A stretch of DNA of 64,000 nt, taken from contig USEM01000001.1 in assembly GCA_900553695.1 (NCBI GenBank), positions 17,750 through 81,749 on the forward strand, written 5' to 3'. Source of the stretch: an uncultured Clostridium sp. (lineage in GTDB: Bacteria > Bacillota > Clostridia > TANB77 > CAG-508). The notes beneath the pieces are model-generated. The model ran no database searches, was not told the DNA's origin, and worked only from the letters and a program-made list of their open reading frames with translations. Both the position numbers and the translations under genes were made by a program. Of the stretch, positions 7,416 through 17,136 are shown piece after piece. Each line of letters starts with the position of its first letter. The stretch's first letter is position 1.

Positions 7416-10166
7416 TTATATGTCTTTATATCTCTTATAATTAATAAATGCAACTGTTCCAATTATTGTTATTATTGCTATTGGTATTATTATGATTGTT
7501 TCTAAACCTGTATTTGCTATTGTTCCTCCTTTAATTGTGTTATCTGTATTTGTATTTTTAGTTATGCTTGTATTATTGTTTGAATTGTTGGTATTGTCTT
7601 TTACAGTGATGAAATTCATGTTGTTATTGCCTCTTGTATTATCATTGTTGCTATTTCCACCATTGTTATTACCTGTATTGTTGTTATTATTACCTGAGTT
7701 ATCATTGCTTCCAGAATTGTTATTATTTGATTGCTTTGCTTTAACTTCTATTGCATATGTTTGTGTAACCGTTTTTCCTTGATATGTATAAGAAACTGTG
7801 ATTTTATCATTAGAAGTTGTAAGTTCTACTACTGGGAAACAATTATAGTTTGTTATAATTTCTCTTGTTCCATCACTATATATTGCTGTTACTACCATTC
7901 CTGTACTGTCGAATTTTTCTCCCTCTTTATATGTTGTTTTACTTGGTGGTGCTGTTATTTCTAATCTTTCTAATACTTTTTCTATCTTTTTTACTGAAAT
8001 GCTTATAGTAGTTGTTTTTCCTTTGTATGTTATTATAACTCTTTTATCATTTGCTGTTAAGCTTCCTGTTGGGGCATATGTATAATCTGTTACTGTCTCT
8101 CTTGAATTATCACTATATACAGCTGTTACTACCATTCCTGTTTTATCGAACTTCTCGCCTTCCTCATATGCTGTTTTGTTTGGATTTGTTGTTACTTCTA
8201 TTCTCTCTAATGTTTTTTCTACTACTGGTGGTGTTTTTTCTTTTACTGTAATTGTAACTGTAGCAGTTTTATCTTTATATGTTATTGTAATTTTGGTATC
8301 ATTTTTTGTTAAACTTCCTGTTGGCGTATATGCGTAATCCGTTACTGTCTCTTTTGAATTATCACTATATACAGCTGTTACTACCATTCCTGTTTTATCG
8401 AACTTCTCGCCTTCCTCATATGCTGTTTTGTTTGGATTTGTTGTTACTTCTATTCTCTCTAATGTTTTTTCTACTACTGGTGGTGTTTTTTCTTTTACTG
8501 TAATTGTAACTGTAGCAGTTTTATCTTTATATGTTATTGTAATTTTGGTATCATTTTTTGTTAAACTTCCTGTTGGCGTATATGCGTAATCCGTTACTGT
8601 CTCTTTTGAATTATCACTATATACAGCTGTTACTACCATTCCTGTTTTATCAAATTTTTCGCCTTCTTCATATTCTGTTTTGTTTGGATTTGTTGTTACT
8701 TCTATTTTTTCTAAAATCTTTTCTGCAACTTGGTTATATACACAGTTTTGGCATTCACAACCTGTACAATAAATCTTTATACAATTTGCACAGTTGCAAT
8801 TGCACTCTTGAAAATTCTTAAAACATGGCATTCCATATCCATAATCGTTATCTCTACCTTCTGTTCCTAAGTCTAAAGAATAATATTGCAATATTTTGTT
8901 TATTTGTTCAAGGCTCAAATCCTTTTTGTAACTTTTTATTGTTGCAACTGTTGCTGCTAGATGTGGTGCTGAATGTGATGTCCCTTGAACAATTCCGCAA
9001 TTTCCAAAAACAGATCCTGTTGGAGTTAAACAAATAATAAATTCACCTGGTGCTGAGTAATCAATCGCATCACCATAGTTTGAAAAATTCGTATAAATTA
9101 AATTTGAAGCATCAGAATTCTTTGCTGCAACATAGCTTTGATAATTAATAACATTATTTTCTTTAGTTATTAATTTTGAATTTAATGCAGCTACTCCTAT
9201 AACATCATTATATGATACTGGATATATTTGAGCTGTGCTTTCTCTAACTCCATTATTATCTCCATTTCCAGCTGCTGCAATGACTGTTATTCCTTTTTGT
9301 ACAGCTTCTTCAATAAGTCCTTGAATTTCATTTTCTATTGCCTTTATTGTTGATTGTCTTTTCCACCCAAGACTTAAATTTATTACATCTACATTTTGAT
9401 CTATTGCATAACGCAATCCTTCACTAATATATGTTAATGATAAACTTCCTCCTTCACTAACTTTTATTGGCAATACTTTAACATTATCTGGTGTAGCATC
9501 TAAAACAATACTTCCTGTATGTGTTCCATGCCCAAGAAGACGTGTTTGTCCATTTGCTGTTACCGAATAGTCATCTCCAATACTTTTCGAATTGTCTATT
9601 ATATTTATGTATCTACTGTCTATTCTGCTTTGTAAATTATGATTTTTAAAAATCTCATTTTCCAAATCAAATCCAGTATCTATAACAGCAACAACAATAT
9701 CATTTTTTGTTGTGCTGTTATTAATAATCTCTTGCATTTTATCTAGTCCCATTGTGAATATTCCCCAAGATTGCATGCTTGTTCCACTTACAGTGTATGT
9801 AATATACATTGGTTCCACTTCTTGTAATTGAATATTTATATCAATATTAACATTTTGTATATTACTATCTTGTTTTAAGCTTTCATATGCTTTTTTTGTT
9901 TCTTCTTCTGTTTCATATTTTAAAATATACTTCCCACTATTGGTTTTATTTACACTTTTTGCATTATAATTATCAGTTAATTCTTTGTCAGTAATTACGA
10001 CTAACCTTTTAGAAGAAAAATCTAAAAAGTTTTCTTCTTTTTGAATATTATTGTTTGTACTAGTTTTTTTACTGTTTATAAACCATAATGTTCCTCCAAT
10101 TGTAAGTGCTAAAATTACTATAATTAATACAACTAAATTTATTCGTTTTTTATTGTTTTGCATCAA
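7416..10166 (-). CDS. cell-surface subtilisin-like serine peptidase (S8). Architecture: signal anchor, S8 catalytic domain, Cys-rich knot, 4 tandem about 84-aa beta-sandwich repeats, poly-Asn spacer, sorting-signal-like tail (IANTG + TM + KRYKDI)
   Basis: Catalytic triad motifs VAVIDTGFD (D), HGTHTGS (H), GTSHSAPHLA (S); repeats visible as near-identical DNA units; C-terminal hydrophobic helix plus basic tail. Confidence 0.85.
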   Translation of the reverse strand: MMQNNKKRINLVVLIIVILALTIGGTLWFINSKKTSTNNNIQKEENFLDFSSKRLVVITDKELTDNYNAKSVNKTNSGKYILKYETEEETKKAYESLKQDSNIQNVNIDINIQLQEVEPMYITYTVSGTSMQSWGIFTMGLDKMQEIINNSTTKNDIVVAVIDTGFDLENEIFKNHNLQSRIDSRYINIIDNSKSIGDDYSVTANGQTRLLGHGTHTGSIVLDATPDNVKVLPIKVSEGGSLSLTYISEGLRYAIDQNVDVINLSLGWKRQSTIKAIENEIQGLIEEAVQKGITVIAAAGNGDNNGVRESTAQIYPVSYNDVIGVAALNSKLITKENNVINYQSYVAAKNSDASNLIYTNFSNYGDAIDYSAPGEFIICLTPTGSVFGNCGIVQGTSHSAPHLAATVATIKSYKKDLSLEQINKILQYYSLDLGTEGRDNDYGYGMPCFKNFQECNCNCANCIKIYCTGCECQNCVYNQVAEKILEKIEVTTNPNKTEYEEGEKFDKTGMVVTAVYSDNSKETVTDYAYTPTGSLTKNDTKITITYKDKTATVTITVKEKTPPVVEKTLERIEVTTNPNKTAYEEGEKFDKTGMVVTAVYSDNSKETVTDYAYTPTGSLTKNDTKITITYKDKTATVTITVKEKTPPVVEKTLERIEVTTNPNKTAYEEGEKFDKTGMVVTAVYSDNSRETVTDYTYAPTGSLTANDKRVIITYKGKTTTISISVKKIEKVLERLEITAPPSKTTYKEGEKFDSTGMVVTAIYSDGTREIITNYNCFPVVELTTSNDKITVSYTYQGKTVTQTYAIEVKAKQSNNNNSGSNDNSGNNNNNTGNNNGGNSNNDNTRGNNNMNFITVKDNTNNSNNNTSITKNTNTDNTIKGGTIANTGLETIIIIPIAIITIIGTVAFINYKRYKDI
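7990..8755. repeat. three near-identical 252-bp tandem repeat units (a fourth, diverged unit lies 5' at about 7740-7990) inside the S8 peptidase gene
   Basis: Antisense track ORFs 8051..8251, 8306..8503 and 8558..8821 translate to almost identical peptides; sense peptides EKTLERIEVTTNPNKTAYEEGEKFDKTGMVVTAVYSDNS... repeat 3x. Confidence 0.85.
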
Positions 10167-10417
10167 AAATATCCTCTCCTTCTTACAATACCTCTATTTA
10201 ATTATAATATTATTTTTGTTTTAGTCAATATTGTTATTTTTGTTATTAAGTTAGTTTTCCTTAGAGTCGACTGTTTTTCACGTTTTATGACATTTTAATG
10301 ATATTTTCACCCTGTTGTAATAATTGTGTAACATAAATTTAATGTTTCTGTAATATTTTTTGGCAAATTTTGTTGTATAATAATGTTGTACAAATGAAAT
10401 TTTTAAAGGAGTTACAA

Positions 10418-11533
10418 ATGAGTATAGTTTATTTGTTAAAAAAGGAAGGAATTGTGAATATTAAACCTTTAGATTCTAATCAAATAAAAACAATAGCAAA
10501 AGATATTGCTATAAAGCTATGTCTTGCTTTTCCTGAACATGACTTAGATAGACAAGCTTTATATAATTCATTTTGTTCTCTTGATATGTACACTGCAACA
10601 ATGCCTAAGGACTCAAGTGGTGCAAAATATGTTGCAAATTCAAATGCAATTTATTTTAATGAAGATTTAGACTTTTCTGCTATACCTGAAGTTGCTATGC
10701 ATGAATGTATTCATTTCATTCAAGAAAAACGTTTAACAAATTCAAATGCATTTGTTGGGTTAACTTCTTTTGCATCCGGATTAGCTCTTAATGAAGCTGC
10801 TGTACAATTAATGGCTTCAGAAGCTAATATGTCAAATATAGAGGAAGAAAAATACTTTGGAATTACTCTTCATACTATTAGTCCAAATTATTATCCTCTA
10901 GAATGTACCTTGGTTAATGAAATTGCTTATTTTACTGGAACATATCCTTTGTTTCATAGTGTTTTAAATAGCAACGATGTGTTTAAAAACACATTTATAG
11001 CCAAGTTTAACAAAAGAATTTATAATAGATTTTCAAGGCAGTTAGATAAATTATTGCATTTAGAAAATGAATTAAATTGTTATAACAGTGAGTTAGAAAA
11101 TAGTGATAAACTTAGTGATGTTAAAGAACTAAATGGTATTATTATAAAACAGAAGGAACAAATTCAAAAATTATTTTTTAACATTCAAAACTTTATTATA
11201 AGGAATTGCTTTTACTGTTCTTATAATAGTATAAATACAATGGATGATTTAAAAGAGTTAAAAATGAAATTATATAATTTGAAAAATATTATTGGAATTG
11301 CTGATGGTTATACTTTTTATAATTCATTTTATTGTGATTTTATGAATGCTTTGGAAAATAAAAAAGAAGAAATATTAAAATACGGAGAAATCAGTTTATT
11401 CAAGCAAGAGTGTACAGCCTTGACTCTTGTAAATCAATCAAAAGATGCCTTTGGTTTTATTAGTACATTTATTAGAAAAATCAAAAAATTATTTAAACTT
11501 AATACAGGTACTATTAATGATTATGATAATTAA
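10418..11533 (+). CDS. hypothetical protein with HExxH zinc-metallopeptidase-like motif (HECIH)
   Basis: Start chosen at ATG 10418 after aaaggag RBS (track ORF begins 10370); motif AMHECIHFIQEK. Confidence 0.5.
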   Translation: MSIVYLLKKEGIVNIKPLDSNQIKTIAKDIAIKLCLAFPEHDLDRQALYNSFCSLDMYTATMPKDSSGAKYVANSNAIYFNEDLDFSAIPEVAMHECIHFIQEKRLTNSNAFVGLTSFASGLALNEAAVQLMASEANMSNIEEEKYFGITLHTISPNYYPLECTLVNEIAYFTGTYPLFHSVLNSNDVFKNTFIAKFNKRIYNRFSRQLDKLLHLENELNCYNSELENSDKLSDVKELNGIIIKQKEQIQKLFFNIQNFIIRNCFYCSYNSINTMDDLKELKMKLYNLKNIIGIADGYTFYNSFYCDFMNALENKKEEILKYGEISLFKQECTALTLVNQSKDAFGFISTFIRKIKKLFKLNTGTINDYDN

Positions 11534-11534
11534 C

Positions 11535-11572
11535 AACCGGTGAGGGTATAAAATCTCACCGGTTATTTTAAA
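11535..11572. terminator. bidirectional rho-independent terminator (aaccggtgag...ctcaccggtt + T run) between convergent genes
   Basis: 10-bp perfect inverted repeat followed by attttaaatttttg. Confidence 0.6.
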
Positions 11573-12332
11573 TTTTTGTAACAATTAAATCAACTTCACT
11601 TGTAAAACTGTTATTTCCATAACAATATATAATATATAAGATTTTGTCTTTGATATAAAATTCGTTTGCATTCTCTATTTTGTATATATCACTCTCTACA
11701 TCTCTTCTATAAACATTATATCCTTGTTCTGCTAAAGTAGCTTCTTTCTTTAGTTTCAGTTGTATTTTTTGATTTATTTCTTCTTGCAAATCCGCTTTTT
11801 TTTGTTCTTGTATTAAATCTACTATTTTTATTTTTTCTTTACTTTCAATATCATAATTGTATGTTTTTATTATTGTTCTTTGTGCATTGCTTCCCTCTTT
11901 TAATGAACATTTTATTATCACTGATAATCTATTGTCCTGAATAGATGTTGCATAATTAATTTTTAAAATAGTATAAATTTTACTGTCATTATATACCTGT
12001 AATATTTTATTCACAAAAGATGAATTTATCTCATTATTAACTTCATTATCAATTTTATTATCTAAATGAATTCGTGGAATATATGCGTCTATCTTGTATT
12101 TTCCTGATTTCTCCTCTTGAATTTTATATAGTGTTGAAACATATTGATTCTCTTCATTAGTGAATAAATCATTAAATTCTATTTCTAATTGTTCCTTATC
12201 AATTGGCTCTTCTTCACTCATTTTATCTCTATTTGTTCTTTTTCCACTATTGTATATAATCATAATCGATAATATTGCTATTGCCAAAACTCCTATTGCA
12301 CTATATATTATCTTTTTCTTATTTTTTCTCAA
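11568..12332 (-). CDS. membrane-anchored protein resembling DUF4163/DUF3298 (RsiV-like extracytoplasmic domain) family
   Basis: N-terminal TM then PRIHLDNKIDNEVNNEINSSFVNK and C-terminal FYIKDKILYIIY blocks reminiscent of that family; recognition by memory only. Confidence 0.35.
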   Translation of the reverse strand: MRKNKKKIIYSAIGVLAIAILSIMIIYNSGKRTNRDKMSEEEPIDKEQLEIEFNDLFTNEENQYVSTLYKIQEEKSGKYKIDAYIPRIHLDNKIDNEVNNEINSSFVNKILQVYNDSKIYTILKINYATSIQDNRLSVIIKCSLKEGSNAQRTIIKTYNYDIESKEKIKIVDLIQEQKKADLQEEINQKIQLKLKKEATLAEQGYNVYRRDVESDIYKIENANEFYIKDKILYIIYCYGNNSFTSEVDLIVTKI

Positions 12333-12415
12333 ATTTAATCACCTTTTATATTATACCATTTTTCTCATCTATTTTCAAATTGGTATTAATTTAAGCGTTA
12401 GCTCATAAATTTAAA

Positions 12416-13474
12416 ATGGTGATTTGTATGTTTAAAGCTATATTTGTAATCATTGGAACTATTATTGGAGCCGGCTTTGCCTCTGGCAAAGAAATTTTTA
12501 CATTTTTTAATCTTTATGGCATGTGGGGATTTTTAGGATTAGTAATTGCTGAATTAATTATTGGGTTTGTACTTTATAAAGTTTTTTGCATAATCCTTGG
12601 TTATGATATTACTTCCTATAATGAATTAATTGAGAACCTTTTTGGAAAAACCAATTTTGCAACTAACGTTCTATGTAATATTATCAACATTTTTCTATTA
12701 GTTTCATTTATTGTTATGGTTGCTGGATTTGCTGCATATTTTTCCCAAGAATATGCTTTGCCATATTTTTTTGGTGCATTTATAATGGCTATGTTGTCTT
12801 TTATAACTTTTCTAAAAAACATTGAGGGAATAGTGAAAGTCAACTCCTTTTTTATTCCATGTTTAATTATTGTTATTGTAATTCTTGGTTTAAAAAATGT
12901 TAACTGTTTTGTTGAAGGTACCAATATGCCTATAGATTTCAATTACAAATTTATTATAAGCTCTGTACTTTATGCGAGCTACAATTTGATAATAGCATTA
13001 CCAATTTTAATTACTTTAAAAAAGTATGTCGTAAATTACAAACAGGCAAAATTTGTATCATTTGTAACTCTGCTTCTTCTTTTATTTATGTCTATCATTA
13101 TATTTTTGCTACTTAATTATTATTTTACTGAAATCATAAATTTGGAGCTTCCTACTGTTTATATAGCTACAAAATCCGGATTAATATACAAATACATTTG
13201 TGGTATTTTAATTTTAGGTGCAATTTTTACAACAGCAATATCAAATGGTTATAGCTTTTTAAACAACTTAAATTTCACAAGTAGAAAAAACTATATAATA
13301 ACTGCTGTATTGATTTGCTTTAGTTCAATTGTTTTTAGCCACATAGGCTTTGCAACTCTTCTTAATCTGCTATACCCAATTTTAGGTTTACTACGGATTA
13401 TTGCAAATAATTTTTATACTGTTTTTTTCAAAAACACCTTGAAAATTTTGTGTTTTATTGATATAAGTATATAG
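12416..13474 (+). CDS. YkvI-family polytopic membrane protein (putative transporter). Contains one in-frame CGG codon at 13394-13396; C-terminus depends on how it is decoded
   Basis: About 10 predicted TM helices; GTIIGAGFASGKE motif as in B. subtilis YkvI family. Confidence 0.55.
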   Translation: MVICMFKAIFVIIGTIIGAGFASGKEIFTFFNLYGMWGFLGLVIAELIIGFVLYKVFCIILGYDITSYNELIENLFGKTNFATNVLCNIINIFLLVSFIVMVAGFAAYFSQEYALPYFFGAFIMAMLSFITFLKNIEGIVKVNSFFIPCLIIVIVILGLKNVNCFVEGTNMPIDFNYKFIISSVLYASYNLIIALPILITLKKYVVNYKQAKFVSFVTLLLLLFMSIIIFLLLNYYFTEIINLELPTVYIATKSGLIYKYICGILILGAIFTTAISNGYSFLNNLNFTSRKNYIITAVLICFSSIVFSHIGFATLLNLLYPILGLLRIIANNFYTVFFKNTLKILCFIDISI

Positions 13475-13485
13475 AGGTTTTACAT

Positions 13486-14625
13486 ATGAATAAAAAATTA
13501 AATAAGAAAAAAGTTTTAATATTAATACTTATTATTTTGGCAATTATTCTAACAATTGTTTTTTCAATATTGTATAAAAGAAGCAGTAAGGTTCGTTCCT
13601 TTTTTGACAATAATATTTTCAGAAAGAACATTACGGAAAACACTTTACCAAAGCTTGATATTGAAAGTAGTTACTGTTATTCTTTTAATAATCATGTTGT
13701 TGTATTAAGTAGAAATGTTTTAACATTTTATAATGAATCTGCAAATAAAACTAGCTCCTTGGATATTGATATATCAGAACCTATATTTGAATCTGCTGGC
13801 AAATACTTATGTATAGCAGAAAAGAATGGGAAAAATGTTTATTTAATTAATGGGAAAGATATAGTTTGGCAAAAAAGCGTAGAAGGAAATATTAGCCAAA
13901 TATCCTTAAACAAAAATGGCTATGTTGTCATTGCTATTGCTGATACAACATATAAAAATATTTGTAAAGTATATAGCGATACTGGTGCAGAATTATTTAC
14001 TTCATTTTTATCTAAATCCTACATTATAGATTCTGCAATTTCAAATGATAACAAATATATTGCCATAGCAGAGACAAATTTTTCAGGAATAAGCATACAA
14101 TCTAGTGTTAAAATCATTTCAATAGATAAAACTTTACAAAATAGTGCTGATACCATTGAATATAACTATGTTGCACCAATTGATGATTTCATTATTAGTA
14201 TTGATTATTGTAATTCAAATGTTCTAATTTGTTTGTATGACAATCATATTAGTGTTGTAAAAAATAATACAACCGAAGAAATTAGCAATTTTAATACTTC
14301 TAATATATTGTTTGCTGATACAAATAACAAAATTATTCAAATTGAAAAGAAGAAGACTGGAGCTTTTTCATCAGAGTTTGAGCTTCAAATAATAGATCCT
14401 TCTACACTTGATAAAAAAACATATACTTTAGAAAAAGAACCAAAATCTATGGAAGTTTATGGCAATGTAATTGCAATTAATTATGGTTCAGAAGTTTTAT
14501 TTATTAATAATTCTGGATGGCTTATTAAAGATTATACTTCATATCAAGAAGTTCAATCTGTTGTACTTTCTAACAATGTTGCTGGAATTGTTTATAAAAA
14601 CAAAATAGAATTTTTAGGATTATAG
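13486..14625 (+). CDS. hypothetical membrane-anchored protein
   Basis: N-terminal basic stretch + TM helix (VLILILIILAIILTIVF), remainder Asn/Ser-rich soluble domain; RBS agagg upstream. Confidence 0.5.
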   Translation: MNKKLNKKKVLILILIILAIILTIVFSILYKRSSKVRSFFDNNIFRKNITENTLPKLDIESSYCYSFNNHVVVLSRNVLTFYNESANKTSSLDIDISEPIFESAGKYLCIAEKNGKNVYLINGKDIVWQKSVEGNISQISLNKNGYVVIAIADTTYKNICKVYSDTGAELFTSFLSKSYIIDSAISNDNKYIAIAETNFSGISIQSSVKIISIDKTLQNSADTIEYNYVAPIDDFIISIDYCNSNVLICLYDNHISVVKNNTTEEISNFNTSNILFADTNNKIIQIEKKKTGAFSSEFELQIIDPSTLDKKTYTLEKEPKSMEVYGNVIAINYGSEVLFINNSGWLIKDYTSYQEVQSVVLSNNVAGIVYKNKIEFLGL

Positions 14626-14636
14626 GAGGTGATAAT

Positions 14637-15257
14637 ATGGCAATTGCAGTTGATTTAATGGTTCTTTCCATTGTATTATTATTTGTATTTTTAGGTTATA
14701 AGCGTGGTCTTGTAAAAGTTGCTTTTAAGCTATGTACATTTTTCATAGCAATTATTCTTGCTTTTATGCTTTACAAACCTGTCGCTAAAATTGTAATTGA
14801 AAATACAAATATTGATGAAACTATTGAATCTAAAATAACAGACAAAATTTTACCTGAAGGAAAAACAGAGACTGATGAAGTTGATTTATCTGAAAGCTTA
14901 CCAACTATAATATTAAAAAACAGTGAAAATACTGTTCAAAGTATTGCAAAATCTTGTAGTAATACTTTAATTGAAACAGCGTGTTTAGTATTAATTTTTA
15001 TTATTACTAAAATTGTGCTAAAATTCGTTACTGCTCTTGCAGATTTAATTGCAAAGCTTCCTATATTAAAACAATTTAATAAATTAGGTGGTACAATTTA
15101 TGGAATTATAGAAGGATTATTTATTGTTTTCTTAGGATTTGCTGTTATTTCATTAATTGCTCCAATGCTTGATGTTTCTGTATTAGAAGCAATAAATTCA
15201 TCAACTTTAGGTTCAATTTGTTACAATAATAATATTTTACTTAAAATTATAATGTAA
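14637..15257 (+). CDS. cvpA: CvpA-family (colicin V production) membrane protein
   Basis: N-terminal DLMVLSIVLLFVFLGYKRGLVKV... pattern typical of CvpA; four TM helices. Confidence 0.6.
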   Translation: MAIAVDLMVLSIVLLFVFLGYKRGLVKVAFKLCTFFIAIILAFMLYKPVAKIVIENTNIDETIESKITDKILPEGKTETDEVDLSESLPTIILKNSENTVQSIAKSCSNTLIETACLVLIFIITKIVLKFVTALADLIAKLPILKQFNKLGGTIYGIIEGLFIVFLGFAVISLIAPMLDVSVLEAINSSTLGSICYNNNILLKIIM

Positions 15258-15279
15258 AAAACATACAAAAAAAGAGACA

Positions 15280-15666
15280 TTAGGCTGTCTCTTTTTTATG
15301 TTCTTTCTTTCTTGTTTCTTCTATTTTTTTGCTCCATTTATCTATATAGTATCTACGAATTATTGCAAGATTTGTAAACATTCTTCCTACAAAAACAACA
15401 ATTGCAGCTAAGTATATATCTACATTTAGTTTTACTCCAAGCCATGTAAGCATAATTGATAATATAGCATTTCCAAAAAAACCTGATATAAATATCTTCA
15501 AATCAAACTTACCATTTAGTACTGATGTTATTCCTCCAAAAACTGAATCTAGTGCTGCAATTATTGCTATTGCTAGATATCCAGAATATTCATATGAGAT
15601 TACTGGTCCATTTGCTCCTATTATTGCACCTATTATACAGCCTATTAAAATTGCTACGAAAACCAT
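15280..15666 (-). CDS. sbp: small basic membrane protein (DUF1290, Sbp-like) of the division-cluster
   Basis: 128-aa hydrophobic protein with basic C-terminal tail directly downstream of two DUF881 genes, as in B. subtilis divIB-ylxW-ylxX-sbp. Confidence 0.55.
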   Translation of the reverse strand: MVFVAILIGCIIGAIIGANGPVISYEYSGYLAIAIIAALDSVFGGITSVLNGKFDLKIFISGFFGNAILSIMLTWLGVKLNVDIYLAAIVVFVGRMFTNLAIIRRYYIDKWSKKIEETRKKEHKKETA

Positions 15667-15667
15667 T

Positions 15668-16390
15668 CTATTCCTCCCCCTTTACATATTCAAAGTTTAA
15701 ATTTTTATTGTATCTTGGTATTGTAATACTTTCCTGTCTTTCAAGTGTTACATTTTTTCCTTCTGAAATTTTTACATCTATATATCCATATTTCTTCTGT
15801 GAAACTGCACTTTCAAGATAAGTTGTATTCCCAATAGCTTTTATTATATATGGTGGAGCATTTATTCTTGTTCCATTTACTGTAATTCTATTTGCTTCAT
15901 TTATATCTGCTATATAGCTATCATATACTATTCTTTGGTCATTAATTGATATTGCTTCTGCTCCTGCACTTTTAAGAGTATTCATAAGTTCTAATAAATC
16001 ATTAGCATTAATTTGATTTTTTGCTGTTCCATTATCCATTGTAATTACAATGCCTGGACCTGTTACATCATTTTTTCCAAGTAAATCTTCAGTTTCTTTT
16101 AACTCTCTTTGTAATAACTGGGAAGCCTCGTTTCCTTCATTAATAGCTGTTTCATATTCTAAAATTTTGTTATTTGTTTCTGTAACTTTTGCTAATGTTT
16201 CATCATATTTTGTTTTTAAGGCTGTAAGCTCTGTTTTTAGCTCACTTTCTTTCATTATCTCGAGTTCCGAAATATCAGTTTGACTAATTGTTTTTACTTG
16301 AATGAAAATTAGCATTGTTAGAATAAATGCCATTATTCCAATGGTTATAGTAATTGTAATTTTACCCTTTTTTATCTTTGCTTTTTTCAT
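15668..16390 (-). CDS. DUF881-family division-cluster protein (YlxW/YlxX-like)
   Basis: N-terminal TM, coiled-coil region, then DUF881-like C-terminal domain; paralogous to next gene. Confidence 0.6.
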   Translation of the reverse strand: MKKAKIKKGKITITITIGIMAFILTMLIFIQVKTISQTDISELEIMKESELKTELTALKTKYDETLAKVTETNNKILEYETAINEGNEASQLLQRELKETEDLLGKNDVTGPGIVITMDNGTAKNQINANDLLELMNTLKSAGAEAISINDQRIVYDSYIADINEANRITVNGTRINAPPYIIKAIGNTTYLESAVSQKKYGYIDVKISEGKNVTLERQESITIPRYNKNLNFEYVKGEE

Positions 16391-16407
16391 ACTTCTACCC
16401 TTTCTAT

Positions 16408-17124
16408 TTATTTTGTAGCAATATATTCATATTTGTAAACACCTTCATATTTAGGAATTGTAATATCATCACTTTTTTGAACATTTACTATTACTCCATC
16501 TTCTGCCATTAGTCTTAGATATCCACCTTGTCTTAATGCAACATCATAATATAAATGTTCTGGAAAACCTATTGCTTTAATTTCTATTGGAGCTCCAACA
16601 ATTTCATCATTTACCCTTATAATATTTCCGTCACAAAGAATTGCTGTTGTGCTTACAATTCTTTTTCCATTAATAGAAATTGCATCTGCACCAGCATTAA
16701 ATAATTCATTAACAATATGTCTTAAATCCTGCTCATGCACTAAAAGTGAACTTACATCTAATACTTCGTTGCTGTTTACTTCTCTATTGTCATCTAATTT
16801 TATTATAATTCCGCTTCCCTTAACTTCTGTAAGACCTAGAAGTGCATTATTTTTTTTAATCTGTGCTTCAACCTCAGTATCTACATTGTTACTTGTTGCA
16901 ACTTTATTTCTTGTTTCTTCAAGCTTTGTTTCAGCATCTTCCAATTCTTTATAAATGTCTTTAGAGGCTTGTCTCCACCTTAAAACTTCTCCTTTAAGTT
17001 CAGCATTATCATTTAATGAAATGCCCTCTTCATTTGTAATGCTGTTTACTGTATTTATTTGAATATAAATTGCAATTGTAAGAATTAAACACACGCAACC
17101 AAGCGTAATAGCTACTTTTTTCAT
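16408..17124 (-). CDS. DUF881-family division-cluster protein (YlxW/YlxX-like), paralog
   Basis: Same architecture and clear similarity to 15668..16390 (e.g. SINGKRIV/SINDQRIV, ITIPKYEG/ITIPRYNK). Confidence 0.6.
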   Translation of the reverse strand: MKKVAITLGCVCLILTIAIYIQINTVNSITNEEGISLNDNAELKGEVLRWRQASKDIYKELEDAETKLEETRNKVATSNNVDTEVEAQIKKNNALLGLTEVKGSGIIIKLDDNREVNSNEVLDVSSLLVHEQDLRHIVNELFNAGADAISINGKRIVSTTAILCDGNIIRVNDEIVGAPIEIKAIGFPEHLYYDVALRQGGYLRLMAEDGVIVNVQKSDDITIPKYEGVYKYEYIATK

Positions 17125-17136
17125 TTACCTCTCCTC

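Noticed and set aside
7990-8755. CRISPR array
   Set aside because: The only regular repeats in the window are in-frame coding tandem repeats (252 bp; 60 bp at 40670-40935). They have no short spacer or repeat periodicity and no cas genes.
8051-9037. Plus-strand track ORFs (8051..8251, 8306..8503, 8558..8821, 8825..9037) with identical Leu-rich peptides
   Set aside because: They are antisense shadows of the tandem repeats inside the minus-strand S8 peptidase gene. They have no RBS and low-complexity translation.
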